64,000 bases of DNA from a bacterium (GTDB lineage Bacteria; Patescibacteriota; Minisyncoccia; Minisyncoccales; DG-74-3): contig JAUVYE010000001.1 in assembly GCA_030603245.1 (NCBI GenBank), forward strand, positions 1,418 to 65,417, written 5' to 3'. The translations under genes were made by a program, and so were the position numbers. How positions within the stretch are numbered: position 1 is the stretch's first letter; each line of letters opens with the position of its first letter. The notes under the pieces are model-generated. The model had not been told where the DNA came from and did not search any database. It saw only the letters and a list, made by a program, of their open reading frames with translations. Below are positions 63,943 to 64,000 of the stretch, in pieces.

Positions 63943-64000
63943 ATCCGAAATCCTAAATTCTAAATAGGTTATGGCTACTCTTTATACTCAAGCAGATTCC

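Noticed and set aside
1-64000. CRISPR arrays, rRNA genes, transposase or integrase genes
   Set aside because: No direct-repeat/spacer periodicity was seen, nor rRNA-like conserved stretches or transposase/integrase catalytic motifs. The only mobile-like signatures are the inverted-repeat element at 50448-50571 and the GC-rich island at 36556-37086.

Overview
This is an AT-rich (about 30-33% GC), gene-dense bacterial chromosomal window. The many short or domain-minimal proteins suggest a reduced-genome organism, possibly a Candidate Phyla Radiation (Patescibacteria)-like bacterium; that lineage call is inference only.

The window spans the replication origin region. rpmH-rnpA-yidC-jag lie on the minus strand and diverge from dnaA-dnaN on the plus strand, with DnaA-box-like 9-mers and a pure A/T stretch between them.

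Housekeeping genes include clpP, tig, an H+-pyrophosphatase, nusA, rpsO-pnp, ksgA, tyrS, PBP1A, yebC, tsaE, a 5'-3' exonuclease, holA, rpsT, rtcB and lemA. There are three tRNAs (Ala, Arg, Lys).

Three accessory systems stand out:
- A membrane-lipid locus (about 5.4-15.7 kb) combines a near-complete archaeal-type isoprenoid ether-lipid pathway with a FakA/FakB/PlsY exogenous fatty-acid incorporation module.
- A type-IV-secretion-like locus (about 27.6-40.4 kb) carries a VirB4 ATPase, a PrgI/VirB3-like protein and a VirB6-like giant. It also has a family of three paralogous VirB2-like pilin domains, one fused to the end of an 880-aa Cys-rich repeat protein. A third pilin copy sits elsewhere between two tRNAs.
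- A 'split' two-component signalling module (53.4-59.3 kb) has two membrane sensors that end in a conserved coiled-coil tail with no kinase, plus an amino-acid-type binding protein, a FIST protein, a soluble PAS histidine kinase whose N-terminus resembles the sensor tails, and two stand-alone receivers.

Several GC-rich structured or inverted-repeat elements and one GC-rich reverse-oriented gene island are also noted.
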